Origin: Phallusia mammillata
Lineage: Eukaryota
NCBI GenBank assembly: GCA_965637545.1
Contig: OZ281500.1
Span: forward strand, 21,390,001-21,454,000
Length of the DNA stretch: 64,000 nucleotides
Reading direction: 5' to 3'
The position numbers and the translations under genes were made by a program. Shown in pieces: positions 12,701 through 26,939 of the stretch. The notes under the pieces were generated by a model. That model was not told the origin of the DNA and did not search any database. It saw nothing but the letters and a program-made list of their open reading frames with translations. The first letter of the stretch is position 1, and each line of letters opens with the position of its first letter.

Positions 12701-15700
12701 GGAGCTCTTGAATCCCTTGTAAACAACGTCACAATAATGCCCTCCCCTAGCCACTGGCACATTAACGAAAAAGGCAAATTGAAGATGAATTGAGGTCGAG
12801 TTGTCATATCCGTATAGCGGAACTGGCCCCGCCGCAAGACACCTGCTCGGCACAACGACGTATTTTGACAACAAATATCTTCCATTTTCTCGTGCGCCAG
12901 TGTGTGATGGTTGGCTATGTACGCTCAGTGAACTAAAATTTAAATGAAAACTGCTAACTCGCGGTGGTGCTAAATTAAATACCTTACCAACATTGGTGGT
13001 TGTATTTCTCTGCACCCGAACCCGCGAAACCTAGCCAACAACGCCGACAGTGCTGTCATAAAAACAGACTTGCTCGCTTTTCCATTATTCCTAACTATCT
13101 TAATTCCATTATAACGTTTAGGATTACAAAAATTACCTAAAACATAAGAAAGGACGACTACAATTCATTTAAGGCGCGCATGGCAACGTTGAAAGCACTT
13201 TTTACTAACTTGGATACAAATAACAACCTTTGTCTTGACAAGAAACTGATTAAGAACGCCACTTTTGAAAGCAAACATTTTCCTATGTACATGAAACAGA
13301 TTTAGCAAAGTTTTTATGCAAAGAAGCCCTTACTGTAGAATGTAGATTAATACTGGGATACAAAATCTTGCCTTAGCGACACAATTTAAATGTTAGGGGC
13401 ATCTCGGGGGTTACCGGGCGTTTATAAACCAACCAAAACGCGCAAGCAGCATAATAACAACATAGAATCCGGCGCGCGCAACCCACTAAGCGTCAAGAAA
13501 CATATACAGATGCACATTCACAAACACGCAGGTCAACAAAATTCATCACGCAATGTTGGGAAGCCTTGCAAACTGTCAATTCAAACAGGTGACAGCCTTA
13601 AAAACGTTATTATGAGCCCGGCTATCACGGGTAAGCTAGCGCACAAATAAACGAAAGATTGAGCTCGTAGCAAAAACAACACGGCTTCCCTACATGCCGC
13701 ACGCGAGAAGCCGGCAATTTAGCGTTACCCGGTTTACGCAAGAAGTGGTGTTCCACAGGGGACGTACTTAGGCCCATTGCTGGTTTGCATTCCGGAATTT
13801 TAGGCATGACTATGCAAAATTTGAGATGTCAAATGTTTTGTACAACGGAACTGATCGACGTCGTTACGGACAACGATAATAAATAGCGGATGAGGTGTTG
13901 ATTTATTTACTGTTGTGTGTCCGGATTCACGCCAAACTGGTAATATGGAACATTTTTTTCTATTTAGAAATGTTTTTATTGTATGCAAATCGATGCTTGC
14001 TACTGTTTTTTTTTACCAAGGGTATTTTTTGGCTCTTTTTTGTATTTAAATGTCTGCCCTAGCCATTTGCTTTGGCGACGTGCATTTCCTAAATTAAAGC
14101 AAATCTATTTACAGGCGCATAAGATCATTGTAAACCTTTATCAAACCTGAATTTTTTACACAACTTTTTAACTACTACATTGTAAACAATACAGAACTCA
14201 TCTGTGTTCAAAGAGCCCACCCAGTCCCAGTTTCGAACCTAAAACCTTACGATCACCTAAATCATTTCGGTAGCAAACCAGCATGTTAGCTAAAGGCTCG
14301 GTTAAGTTGGAAGTTTACATAACCTTTGACCCTGCTGACGTCATGTTTAGTTAATCATTGTCTCAAGCGATTTGACCTTGGTGTAAGTTCAATACAAACA
14401 TTGTGTTTTATTAATTGCAGGGCATTTAAAGCCGTTGGAACGTTTTAGAAGCAACTTTCCATTTTTTCCCGGAATTAAAATCGTATTTATATGATTAAAT
14501 ACACCTTTTTAAAAAGTGTATTCGTCGTGGTTGTGAAGTAGTTAATCAACTTGTATATACGGTCAACAAATTTTGTAATACGTTTAATACTAAAACAATA
14601 ATTTTTTTCAGTTTGAGCGGTAATGTCCCAGCCTTAATTACGATTTTCCACCTACAATTGATTAAGGACATACCTTGACCCAAAACAATACCAAACTTTA
14701 TTGTTTAGAATTTTAGAATACAAAAACACACGCGTTTTACTCAGAAAACGAGCAAAACCTGAAAATTCCCCCATAAGGCGGACTCGTGGATTCAGCGTTT
14801 TCAAGTACATATGAGGACACAGTAGAATCGGGGTTTGCGCGGTAATCTTAGCTGCTTATCGTTGCACCTCCTCGGCCAACGAAGGGCACAGGGCGGGTGG
14901 CGCCAGTGCGTCAACACTTATGACACGTTTAGCCAAGATTCACCGGTTTTGATAAGCAACGGAATGGGCGGGCGCGCAGAGCCACTTTGCATTGGTAAGA
15001 TAAATGGCATGCAGCGGAGCCTAGAGCTCACTGCAAAGAAGGGCGCTGTCGTTTCAATGTCACAAGTTAATACGGAGGAAGTATGCGTATCGGTTCGAAG
15101 GGCAAACACAGGTCGAGTGATTGCGTTCCTATTGGTGGAAAACCGCGTAAGCCCCGCAGAAGTAAGTCATTTTAAATTTGTTTGCATTTCACTAAGGTCA
15201 GTGTAAAGATTGCGTTTCCGTGACATAATCATAATTTAATAGGTTAGCCTGTTTGCTAATTCAAACGCAAATTTCAAATTAAAAACTAACTGGATATAAT
15301 TTTACCAAATTGTTAGATAAGGAATATCAAATAAAACCTTAAACTGGATGTGATTTCCATATTTAAAATTCTTTTTTTCCTGTTCTTTCTTTCGCCGTTT
15401 TGCTGCTTTCATAAATAACATTGGACGCAGTAGGCACATCGCTAATTTCGCATTTTTCAAATATCCTTAAACTGTGAACAAGAACTGAAGTTTATCATGC
15501 ATATTAGAAAATTGCAAAACAATGCATTCGGACTTCGGAGATACACACTTTAACTACCTGCTATACATCAAAACATGTTGTTTCTGGTGAGCGTTTAACA
15601 CATATACAGCCTTGCACCTGGAACAAAACTGATAACCTCTAGCTAACAAAAAGCCAGCTTTTGAAGTAAATCCACCACAACACTTTAAGCCAACAATTGT

Positions 15701-17788
15701 TACAAATTACGGTATGTGTATTTGCATTAGCAATTATCCTCCAAGCAAAAAGGACCACCCTCAAACCTTTAGGGGGCATAAATTCACCCCAAACAACCCT
15801 TCAAGACAGAAATAGACGCGCGATGTTCGAAAACCTATCGTTGCTATGACGACGAGCGCTGTTTGACGTCATAGTAACACGAAATCAAGCGTGCAAAAGG
15901 TAAGCTCCGGAGGGGTCGCCGATAATTGGAAACGCAATCCCTCCCTGAGATGGGGTGGGGTGAAATTCGGGGGTGAGGAGACCGGGGACTAAGGGGGTCG
16001 ACCACACGTGATAATCCGACAAACCTAGATCGAGGAAAAGTAAAAAAAATGAAAAGTAATGACGCTTCGAAAAAACAGGCGTACAACATGCGACATCCAT
16101 TCATATACCCCTTAAGTTTCGTTATACATTGTCTTTCACAAGTTTCTAACAGGTAGGCCTATATAAAATGAAGAAGTTTTCAAAAATGAATTAAGTCTTC
16201 AAAACTAAAAAAAGAATCTCCAAAAACGCATGTTTGAAGCATTAGTGAGTGTCAACTACTTTTATTTGAGAACACCAGGGAAGAAGCTGAAATGACGAAT
16301 TTGGGCAGCCGAGGCCTTCTTCGATGCAACAAAACTTCTCCTAGTCAACTGCACGACGGTATTTAATGCACGGCGCCACTATTCTTAGCAGCTGTCTGTA
16401 TTAACCCTGCAGCAATGCTGGACATAAATAAAAGGTCATCTCATTAAGCTGACAGCCACGTCGCTCGAAGAGCCATGGTTTCCGCTGGCTCTGACATCAG
16501 TTAGGAACTCATGAAGGTTCACGGGCCTTTGTTGGTCGCTTGCAGGTATTTAACGCGCTGCATGTAAAATGTACGCCCTGTAACCAAGGGATGTATGCCT
16601 TCTACAAATGTGTGTGACAGGCCCAGAAACGACAGGGCCATCAGATTAACTGTCAGAGGCTTTTAAATCGCGGGTGCAGCAGCGGCTATTTATGGATTTT
16701 TAGGCTTGTTTGATGGTAAGGTACCTTGTTTTTGACGTGTTTAAAATTAGGATATGAATGTCCACACCTCAAATGTATGTAGGTGTCATGAAGGACCTTT
16801 AGGTTGACATCAAATCCTTTTTTGTTCGACTGTCGCGAATCCCATTTAGGCAAAATATACAATTACTCCTAGTTTACATCCCGTTTTTTTTCACAGTATA
16901 ACCGTTACCATCACCTTTCTTCACAGTACAATAAAGGCTTTTGTGAATGTAACACGTTTTTGGTGTACGAGGACAAAAATACCACTTAGAAACAATTTTT
17001 CTTTCCAACACAATTTTTGGGCTTTAAAAAACTATTTTGCATGTAATATGTATTAAGCATAACAAGTGAAAGAGAACACATTTTATTTCTCCTAAAACAT
17101 ACCAACAGGCGCTTTTAAAACTTTTACAGACAAGTTTACACTTCCAAGACAATAAACGCTTACAACACCAACATTTTCGTTAATAACAACAACAAATCAT
17201 TTAAAGCGTAAAATCGCATGCCCCCAGTTCCATTATTCTTTCAGTGAAAACTCAAGAAATGCACGTAGCCGATGCATAATTAACGCCCCTTTACACTACC
17301 AATCCTTGGAACAGCTAAGAGGTCAAAACTTCTTTAAATTGAGTAATATATTTAAATTTGTTTAAAATGCTCCGTTGTCTTTAACGTGTGATCACGTATA
17401 CCGATGTGTGCGGTTTTCTAACAGCGATTACGTGTTCTTCCGTGACTCCCAAGCATTACTTTCATGCGGTGAATTTGCGGGGGGTTCGGCAACACCGTAG
17501 GCCCACATAGCTTGTACATTATCTCGCGGCTTCGACTTTTTACTCTGATTCTGTTCTCAGAACTCGCTGCTCAAAACCGCATTAATAACAAACAAGATTC
17601 AACCGAGCAATTCAGCTTTGAACTAAACTAAAGCAACCCAGATTTCACATCAAAAAGATAAGAAACCAAAATGAAAAAACATCAAAGATTTAAAACACTA
17701 ATAGCGATACTTAAGTAACCTTATTTGGAAACTATATTAAGGCAGACATCTCCACGGCGGAGTCATTATGTTCACTAAGCGTTTAAGG

Positions 17789-18283
17789 CAGGCGTCTCAA
17801 ACACGCGGCCCGCGGGCCGCATGCGGCCCGCCAAGAGTTTTTGTGCGGCCCGCGAAGTAACTTTTAGAAGTTATGTGTTTTACTCAGGCGGAAAACCCTG
17901 TCAGATCAGTAAGTTTAAAAGATACAATCACTTTCTATTGGTGGTAGATGCAACTTTTTAATAGGAAAAATCGAAATAGCTTCTCTTTAGAATCAGCAAT
18001 TGCGATTGTTGCGTCATATTATTTACATTGTTGCGTCATTGTATGTCATTGTTTTCACACAAAGCAATAAAGCACAGTTGGTTCTTTACTTTGTTACACT
18101 GTATATCTGTTTCTTATTGTGTTTTTTTAGTGTAGTTAATGGCATAACTGAATATTTTACTTTTAAATCATGCAATACTTTTGTTGCCACGTTACACTGT
18201 AACAAATGTTTCGATAGTGCGGCCCTCGACTTACTTAAAAGTTTGTTTTTGGCCCTTAAAGCAAATTGAGTTTGAGACCCCTG
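17789..18283. mobile_element. Non-autonomous hAT MITE, Buster/Charlie type, 495 bp
   Basis: TIRs CAGGCGTCTCAAAC / GTTTGAGACCCCTG (13/14). Perfect 8-bp TSD GTTTAAGG at 17781-17788 and 18284-18291 with central TA. Subterminal GCGGCCCGCGGGCCGC palindrome. Confidence 0.92.
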
Positions 18284-18334
18284 GTTTAAGGCGTTGTTTC
18301 GTTCACTGAGCAGAGAAAAAATAAGGACAATAGG

Positions 18335-18403
18335 TCTAGCTTCTGGCGGGACTCGAACCCATAAAATCGAACTGTCTTAACTAGTCACGAGTTACTGCTA
18401 TAA
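18335..18403 (-). mobile_element. tRNA-like SINE head
   Basis: Perfect B box GGTTCGAGTCC on the minus strand (18349-18359), with TAGC about 40 nt upstream. No acceptor stem. Similar isolated B-box heads occur near 435 (+), 14230 (-), 51090 (+) and 58095. Confidence 0.45.
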
Positions 18404-19755
18404 CTAAAAACTAAAGAAGCTACATATGTATTAGATTCGTCACTGACGTTAAATATATCACAAAAACATTTACTAAACCTTAGCGTTGAAGTTAAAAATT
18501 GCGTCTGTTTTCAAAACAAATTAAATCGGATGTAAAAATCAATTTGAGACGCCTATCTTCAAAGAAAAAACAAAAAGGTTTTGTTTTTAATGTACCTTGG
18601 TTCGAAGGGTTTCAGTAGTTCTGTTTGTTTTGGCCTAGTGTTAAATTGAGTTAGTGCGGAGATGAGAGAATGTTAATGGCTGTGTAGACGCAAGACGGCA
18701 AGGAAACGTGTTTGATCTCAAGTCGCACCGACGACGTTCGCAAAGGAAACAATCACAACTTTGGGCTACTGGCGGTAAAAGTGGAATGTTTTACGAGTGT
18801 CTATTTTTGACATCCTTTTTCTCGAAAAATACGCACAGTTTTTTTTTGTTTTTGTGTCTAACGCTGTAACCCACAACATAGGGCGTAAAAGTATGTTCCT
18901 TTTTCAGGATGGCATACTTAAGGCATGGACGAAAAAACGTGGCACGAATGCAAGGAATGTTCATAGAAAGGTCGACTATTTATACTTGGAAGTTCATCTC
19001 GTAAAATAAGAAAACATGTGAATATATAAAAACTAGTTTGCATTAGTAGTCGAGTATAAGGTTTCGTTTGGAAACGTTTAACAAACTGTTCATGGAACGG
19101 TCGGATTTCAAAGGTCAAATATTTTGCATTCTATTTCGGACACAACGACATTTAAGGAAACTACGAGTTTGACTATGAAACCAATAATTAAAACCCGTTT
19201 TTAGCGGCGGAAAGTTTGCCTATCTCGACATTCAATGTTGCGGGTTTAGCAAATTCCAAAGCTCTATATCAGACTCCCCTGGCCAATAAAAAAGAGCAGA
19301 AGTCCAAAACGTCAAGATAATATCTATTCGTCACGCATCAAACCCAGAAAGCACGGTTTAAGAGGTCACCGTTTTTGTTGCCCTAGGTAGGTGGAAACAA
19401 CTCACATTCCAAGGGTTAAATTGAATCTGACCGCACTGGCGATAGAGTATGGAAAGTTTTATCTTAAAAAACAGAACTCGCGATATTTTTGACAAAATGT
19501 ATGTCCGAGTAACCAATACTTTTGTAGATTAAAATCTAAGCCAAAAACGGCCTGAAAGTAAAAAAAAATTGCAAGAGACAGAATCAGCCTTTGCAAAAAA
19601 ACATATATCGCAAAATACGATTTCGATAGCTGATTACTCAAGTATTAATCGTGGTTGAAACAATTGGCTTATTCTATGACCAGATTGGCCCACATGAGGC
19701 GGCAATTGTCAAGTTTTTGCTTACCATATCGACATAGCTTTATCCCCCAAAAAAA

Positions 19756-20954
19756 TTGTTGGAACTTTTAATTGCCTGCCTGTCCACTTGAAATATATTC
19801 ATCTGTCTACGAAATTGGTGGTTTGATGGGTTAAGGTTTGTTCTAGTACACAGATACGACAAAAAACTGTGCAGTTTCTTGCAGCTAGTATCGTATTCAT
19901 TAACAAATAGATTTTTGTATGTGACCTTGTGCTCAGGAAATATCTTGCAGCTACTGCGTAAAAATCGCAAGATAATTATGTTCAAACATACCTTTGTTGT
20001 ATTTCCCCATCTTTTACCATGACATTGCATAATTATTTTGCCACAGTAACGTCCTTTCGCATCACCACCTCAGCCTTAGTTTACCCCACGGCATCGATTT
20101 CACCCCCTTTCACCCCTCTCACGTAACCCAACGCCGCGCGTGATCGTCTGACCTGGAAAAACGAACACGAGGTCGATTAACGCTGAACGTTAATTGCGTG
20201 AAAAGACAAAGAAACAAAGAAAGTCGACGAAAAAACTTTGTCGGTTTCGGGCGAAATCAGCGAGCGAGGGCAAGTCAACAGTTTGCGAACAAAACGCGAG
20301 TACACAAATCGTGTTTGTTTGTCCCCTTGCCAAGTTATTTGATCCAGATGGAAGAATCACGTGATGGCGGGAAGAGACACGTGACTGCCGCATGAGATTT
20401 TAGACCAGTGGCTCTCCCTTAACCTTTTTATGACCGTTACCCATACGATAAAAAGTCTCATTGGTCTCAGTTAACTCCTCCAAAAAAGTAAGATTACAAA
20501 CTGTGACGTCACAGAAAGATGACGTCATAAAACCAAATTATTTAACTAGTTAACAAAAGGTCTTTGGAATCAATTTATCAGGGTTACAAGATTTTCAAAT
20601 CGCTGGCAAGAACGTTTGAAACAGAAATTTGCTTTTTACCTATACAGTCAATGACAGTAAACTGTTTTAACGGTTTAGTCTTGTAAGGAAAGTTTAACAG
20701 CCGTTGGCGTTATTCCAATCGTTTGTCAAAACAGTTTTATTTAGGATTATTGGCAATTTTCTGTTGTAAATGTTTTAGTCTTCTTACATTTTATGCTACT
20801 CTCTAATGAACAAATTGTACAAACAAAAATAAACGCAATTGAAACAAAACTTGAGTGTAACCCATCAGCAAATCCCCAATTTCTGTTAAAAAGGTTTTCG
20901 AAGACAGATGGATATATTTCAAGTGGACAGGCAGGCAATTAAGAGTTCCAACAA
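19756..20954. repeat. Inverted repeat pair: 59-bp cores (56/59 identical) about 1.08 kb apart
   Basis: 19756-19814 TTGTTGGAACTTTTAATTGCCTGCCTGTCCACTTGAAATATATTCATCTGTCTACGAAA versus the reverse complement of 20896-20954. Weaker similarity extends inward to 19833 and 20858. Confidence 0.92.
20406..20470 (+). mobile_element. Truncated hAT (Charlie-like) left end
   Basis: CAGTGGCTCTCCCTTAACCTTTTTATGACC preceded by TTTTAGAC (nnnTAnnn target). No matching right end found. Confidence 0.35.
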
Positions 20955-23900
20955 GCTTTCAAAAACCCCATTTCGCACCCTGGGTGGCAACGATTCACGT
21001 CCAATTATCGGGTCACCAGCGTTAAGGCGCTTCATACCTTCAAGTCACGCTCTATTAGACTCGCAATACCCCCTTGTCTAGCGGTGATTGGTGTGTTAGG
21101 ACGTGGTTTCCTCTACAGCAGTCACCCGCCTTTAAACCCAAACACAAGAGCCCTGCGTCGGAGGACTGCGCAAACCGCACGCTAAACAGTCAAGCCGTGG
21201 TACTTTTGAGACCGAGAACCGTGAGATGCCAACGAGATGACAAGAATTTGGAAATGTTGGTACAGCATTGCGGATGTTTTTTACGCGGGTCAAAAACACG
21301 AGGGACTTAGGGACGGTATCTGAAGAGCCTCACTTGGTGATAAATGGAAAACAACCAGTTTTGAACTTAAGCGTACGAAAAAGATTTTTTTTAAATTCAA
21401 ATGTCTTGGACAAATCAACATAACTTACAGCTATTTAACTACAACATTTTTTTTCGTTTTAAGAGGTATTTACTATGCATACTTTGCAACACAAAAAGTC
21501 GCATTTATAAATGGAAAACTGTTCGAAACTGTCTGTCATATTTTTCATAAAATGACCACAAAAATATCAATGTATCATAAGAAATTACTCTGGTAAATTG
21601 AAAAACTATAAATCTTTGGTTAACTTCTAACAAACAGGTGTGAGTGTTAGTCCATATAAACCATTTATTTTTTCGGAATTTGTGTCAAAAATTTCCCGAC
21701 AATTTCCGAATTTCTCGACCACCTTGCGTAACAACGAAATCCCGCGCTTGCACGAGTCTTGCATCGCGCAAAACGACCCAAAATAGCTCGCCACGGGAAA
21801 CTAATAAAAATGCCTTGTGCCAGTTTAAGCAAGTTGACATCCTAAACAGAGACGAAATGCCTGCACACATAGTAACCTTACTGCTGGGAGCACCACTATC
21901 TTACCTCATTGAGAAGGTTTTGTTGTCGCTGTCGAATGCAGCACGCGATGGTAAGAGGGGGGCACGGCCCGCTACGCCTGCATGGAGATTATCGTTCGAG
22001 CGCGATCGCTATAGGCGCATCCTCAAGATTTCATCTTTGCGCTGTAATTTATCAAACAGGGATTTGAGCCCGTTTTGCTTTGCCATAGGCTGTTTTTGCG
22101 CTCCGATGAAAACTCGAGCACATGTTGAAAAAAACTTTTCGTGTTGCAATAAATTTATCCCTAGGCTGAGCAAGGGTTTTCAGAAAGGGTAAAACATACA
22201 AAAGGGTGCCGTAATTCAAAAGCTCGCTATAGAAAGGTTTAAAAGGGTTTACATCAACACTATAACCTACAATAAACCTAGATTTAGTGAATTAATGGTT
22301 TCTAAACGCTTACGCTTTACCATATTCTTGTTTTTGAATGTGGCCGCTATAGGGCTGGGAAACTTTAAGCAAAGATTGATTGTTGTACACGAATTGTTAA
22401 CGATCTAACCAAGAGATTATTTGTAAATCCCAAAGCGTCAATCGACCAACCACTTATAAACATTGTATGTTTTATCACAGGTAAATAAACAAATCTCGTT
22501 TGCAAACCCGCTACAAAAGTGCAAAATGGTAAACAAAGTTACCACAGTCCACTACACAGAAGTTGTTTGGGAAACCGCTGTGGTGGAAACAAAACTATTC
22601 ACTCGTAATTGAGTGACAGCACTTTTACTGTGAAATCATTGCATATTTGTGTTGCTAAATAAAGAGTAATCAGCCGTGGCAAGAAATAAGACATAGGGGC
22701 ACGAACCCTCATATGGTGGTCCATTGGGCTTTGGGGTGAAATGGAATTTCGACTGGTCCCCTGTCACGTATGTGAAAGTCAGTGAGGCGTAACGGCACTG
22801 GACAGCCACAGAGCTATCTCAGCAAATTCGTTTTACCAAATCGTCTCAAAAATGTGCAGATATTACACCTTATCAAAGTGGATTTACGCAACTGGCAAAT
22901 TTATCCAACACAAATTAATGTGATGTAATAATAGTCAAGCTTAATTAGAACAAAGAGTCTCGTTTTAACAAATAACAATCACTATGTACAGTCTGCAGCT
23001 TAAGAATCACCATGCTTTGAAAACGAATTGCTTTAAAAATGTGCACACATATTCAATACTTCTAAACACAACCAAAGATTGCAATTGCACCAAAATGTAA
23101 AAAATCAATCACAGCTGCAATTCTTAAACAAACAATAGTGATTAATGGCTGAAAATTCTCATAAACCAATGAACAATTGTCGTAGCAAAAACTGTCATGC
23201 AAGCAATAAAGGTAAACAAGTTGTATGTATTCCAACAATGCGTACTTTTGATGTACAAGTAAACAAACCAGCACTTTTTGGAAATGCTGCAAAACAAACC
23301 ACAAAACCCTAGGTTCATAGCTATCTGGAATAACGTCCGATCCTATTTCCGATAAATGGCAGCGATAAATTGCAGAGAGCAAGTCACACCCTTACCCATT
23401 CAACACGTGTGTAGACCACATAGGGTTGTCAAACAACCGCCCGTACGCTATGTACACTGCCGTCAAAGATGCTTGTAGTTGCGTAGCAATCCCTTATTAA
23501 ACAATTGAATAGCTTTATGGCCATAAACGCCTATTTCTAAACCTCAAAGGCAACCTGGCTGAAATCTAACCGCATACAAAGCCCTATAGAGTAAATTACA
23601 TTCTACTTTATAGTGGCAACAACATTTTTGCATGGTTTGCAAACTCTTTGCAATACATTGTTTGACATTTTCCACCAGACCTGAGGCCACAGAGTTCAAT
23701 GCTGTAAATTTCATAGGCTTGCACAGTAGTAGCTAAGTAAACTGGCTCGAACAGTTCGCCTGTCGTCAGCAACAGTTACCCAAACACGGAAACCTCAAGC
23801 CTCACTCAAATGCGCAACTGACAAGATTCGAAACAAAAGGCTATTAGCACTTTCCCGAGCACGGCTAGCGAAAATATAAAAGGACTCGGAAAAACGTGGT

Positions 23901-26189
23901 AAACATGGCAAACCATTTCGCTCATGCTTGAACGGCCGTGGCTTGGCGAAGCGTGCGTGCGCCTGGGCGGCGTGCATGTGTGTCGTGAGTGTGCGCGCGC
24001 AATTACGCTTTGCGCGGGAAAACGCTGTCCTAAAGCAAACACTTGACAAGTAGAGCCCTGGACCGTGGTTGCGTACAGTTTTAACACAGGGTTGATGAAT
24101 GGGGTATATACCAGGTCATTCTGGACTCGTTTGCAAACACACGGCTTAAAAGCGCGTTTAAAAGCTGTTTACGTGGTAATAATTGAAATAAAATTAAATT
24201 TTTCTTGGTAGTGATTTTACCAGCAATGACCAAAGACAACGTCCGGAAAAGCCCAATTTTCAACAAATGGTAATAATTTTCCAACTACGACGCCCATTCT
24301 GTTTGTTTATTTAATGCATCTCGCTTTTACCTTTTAAGGGATTTATGATTCATGTGCATTTTTTCACGACACAATAGAAATAAGCAGTGCAACGCCATTT
24401 CATATTAGAACTTACCTAAAGTTTGGAACAACGCCGTCTGAAAGTAGATAATTATGGTAAAATGAAAAAATACTTCTTGTATGTAATAGAATAAACAAGA
24501 TTTAAGAACCACTGGTAACGATTATTGCACATTCTTAAATGATTGACAGTGAATTTATTTTTTTTCTTCATACCTATTCAGCATTTGAAACTGTCAATGC
24601 AGTATTCCCAAACCTTGTTTTTAAATTTAGTACTAAATTACGTAGCGTGCAGTATCCATTATTTCAAGTATAAATCGATCAACAGTAGAAACAGATACGC
24701 CCGATTCCGGCAATAAAACTTTTCCTCGCGCAGCGTCAATATACGAAAAGTTAGCTGTCTTAAAAATTAAGAACTTAATTGTTTGGATGAGATCAACGCC
24801 AAAGTGTAAAAGCTCAGTGTCATTTGTCGACAAAAAAGCTACGAGGCCCAACCAGTTTCAAGTGTATTCCGGTTTAGTTCGTGACAGATCGTTGCAGTGG
24901 TCGACCACACGCCGAGATTTATCTCAAAGCGCTGGCATTTCCACTTTACCGGGCCTTTTTAGCGGATTATCTCGCGATTTCGGTTGAAGAAATCCGGGCT
25001 GGGCTGCCTCTCTTCATAAAGATACTTGCGTGTTGATGTTTTTCGGCTCCGGCGTTGATTGACGGCCGGCAGGAGGCCCATAGACCAGCGCGGCGTCATC
25101 GCCAAATCTGTTTGTTCAAGAATTTCCGAACTCGAGCGCTGCCAGAAACAACTGACAAATCTTGCTGTTTTTACTGCGCTGATTTCAAGTTGGTATTGTC
25201 ATCCGCCAACAGGACTCAACCAGTCCGTTGTCGCTTGGTTGTGAAATCTTGTGGCCCGTAAAACACTGTGATAAACGTTCGTCAAGCGTACAAAGTGTCG
25301 CAAAATTTTACAGCTCAAATACTTGCGGTGTGGAGTTTTACCTACAATCGGTCGTAGTCCTACGCGAAAACAATGCCTTATTGTGACGCAAAGACTTTCC
25401 TGTCCAGCAACAACAAGCGGCAGTCACGTGACAAAAACCAAACGCGCGCTGCACCTGCGTCAAAATCAACTTACGCTGGTGGAAATGGATGCGGCGTTAC
25501 GTGACGATTTGGTGACAGCGCATTGTTGAATAGCAAAAGTTTTGACAGGCGGCCAATTTGCAAAGCCGATGGAGAACGTTCAATCATTTGCACCTCATAA
25601 GATAGTTGGATGTAAAATCACCGTTGCTATTGGCCTTGCAGCAGCCATATATACTAATAGTTATCAATTCAATCATCGTTTTTTATTTCTGACTTCCTCA
25701 GACAAGCTTAACAATGCATGGTAACCGACTAAAGATAAATCGCTTCTAACCGTTTTTTTTTCTATTTATAGACCAACGTAGTTTGTTTGGGGGCAAACTG
25801 ACTATAGCTTTACAGGTGTATGTCTACGAAATAAAATGATGGGTTTCCAAACCGTATACGAAACATAGTCAGGGCGTTAATGATTTATAGTCCAATAAAA
25901 AGCAATACGTAAAGATAATGTATTTTTAACTACTTCCATTTATACTAGTAGTTCATATACTGTGGCACACTTGTAGCAATAGTGATTCGCAATTTGAAGT
26001 TATTTCCGCATTAACCAACTAGTGAAAAATAAATAAAAAAGCTCCGCTCAAAGCAACTGTTGTGTTTTTATTTATTTATTTAGACGTTTTTATCTTTCTA
26101 CACTGAGCGGATATTTATTTAATTTTTGTCAAAAAAACGTTTTCTTGACAGGAATTTAAGAAACAAAGCTGTAAACCCGTCCAAAATTT

Positions 26190-26330
26190 GGGCCTAAACC
26201 CGAATAAAAAAAGTGTGCATTGGGGTCGAAAGTTTGTGAAATCGTGGCACAGGATTAAACCCGTTTTGTAAAAACTGAAGCTCAAACTCTAAACGAAAAG
26301 TCCGACTTACAAGTTGCAACCCTTGCCACG
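26190..26330 (+). repeat. Dispersed degenerate repeat rich in AACCCG/GCCCGA
   Basis: CGAAAGTTTGTGAAATCGTGGCACAG (about 26228) matches CGAAAGTTGTTGAAATTGTGGCATAG (46921). Related motifs occur at about 33230-33320 and 48620-48720 on the opposite strand. Probably eroded MITE ends. Confidence 0.45.
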
Positions 26331-26863
26331 AACGTTATCCGAAATCTTCAAAACTGAAATAGAATACACTTAAGGACTTCAAGCAATTCAGTTACCCGGC
26401 CCCCGACACAACAAATATGCGGCTCGTTAACCAAGCAGACACGTCCTCAGCCGCAGAGTAATGACTGACAAATCCGTAGCCACAGTTCCCGGGCAACCTT
26501 TCCCAGCATCCGTTATGTGGATGACCCGAGGGAATATCTTATTAAAGTCAGTGGGCTCCCTGTGGGACCTGAGATGAGATAAAAACGTGCCAAGAGCCCG
26601 TTGACTTTCTCTCTCATCGCCTTTGTAACGCTGCACGCAAGAACCGATGCAGCTCATACATATTCTATTCCACTGTCGTGGCTGCCGCACACATAACTTG
26701 GGAAGCACATGATAGAACAACTAGGTGTTCCAGAATATGATAAAGTGCTTTGTCCACTACAAAAATGTTTTAAAAAAAGTTCGAAATTAGGCGCATTTGA
26801 ATGGGTGCTTTTTAGGACATTAGGATTGTTAAAACAATTTTAGTAATTGACAAATTAGTTTTG

Positions 26864-26939
26864 AAGCTGCAGACAGTGCACACTGTTTCGACCTATAAGG
26901 TCTCATATAGGTCGAAACAGTGTGCACTGTCTGCAGCTT
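26864..26939. repeat. Perfect hairpin: 34-bp stem, 8-nt loop
   Basis: AAGCTGCAGACAGTGCACACTGTTTCGACCTATA - AGGTCTCA - TATAGGTCGAAACAGTGTGCACTGTCTGCAGCTT, with no mismatches. Confidence 0.97.

Noticed and set aside
21644-22192. Longest ORF in the track (182 aa)
   Set aside because: No recognisable domain, a GTG start and composition typical of translated non-coding DNA. It spans a GC-rich island where stop codons are rarer.
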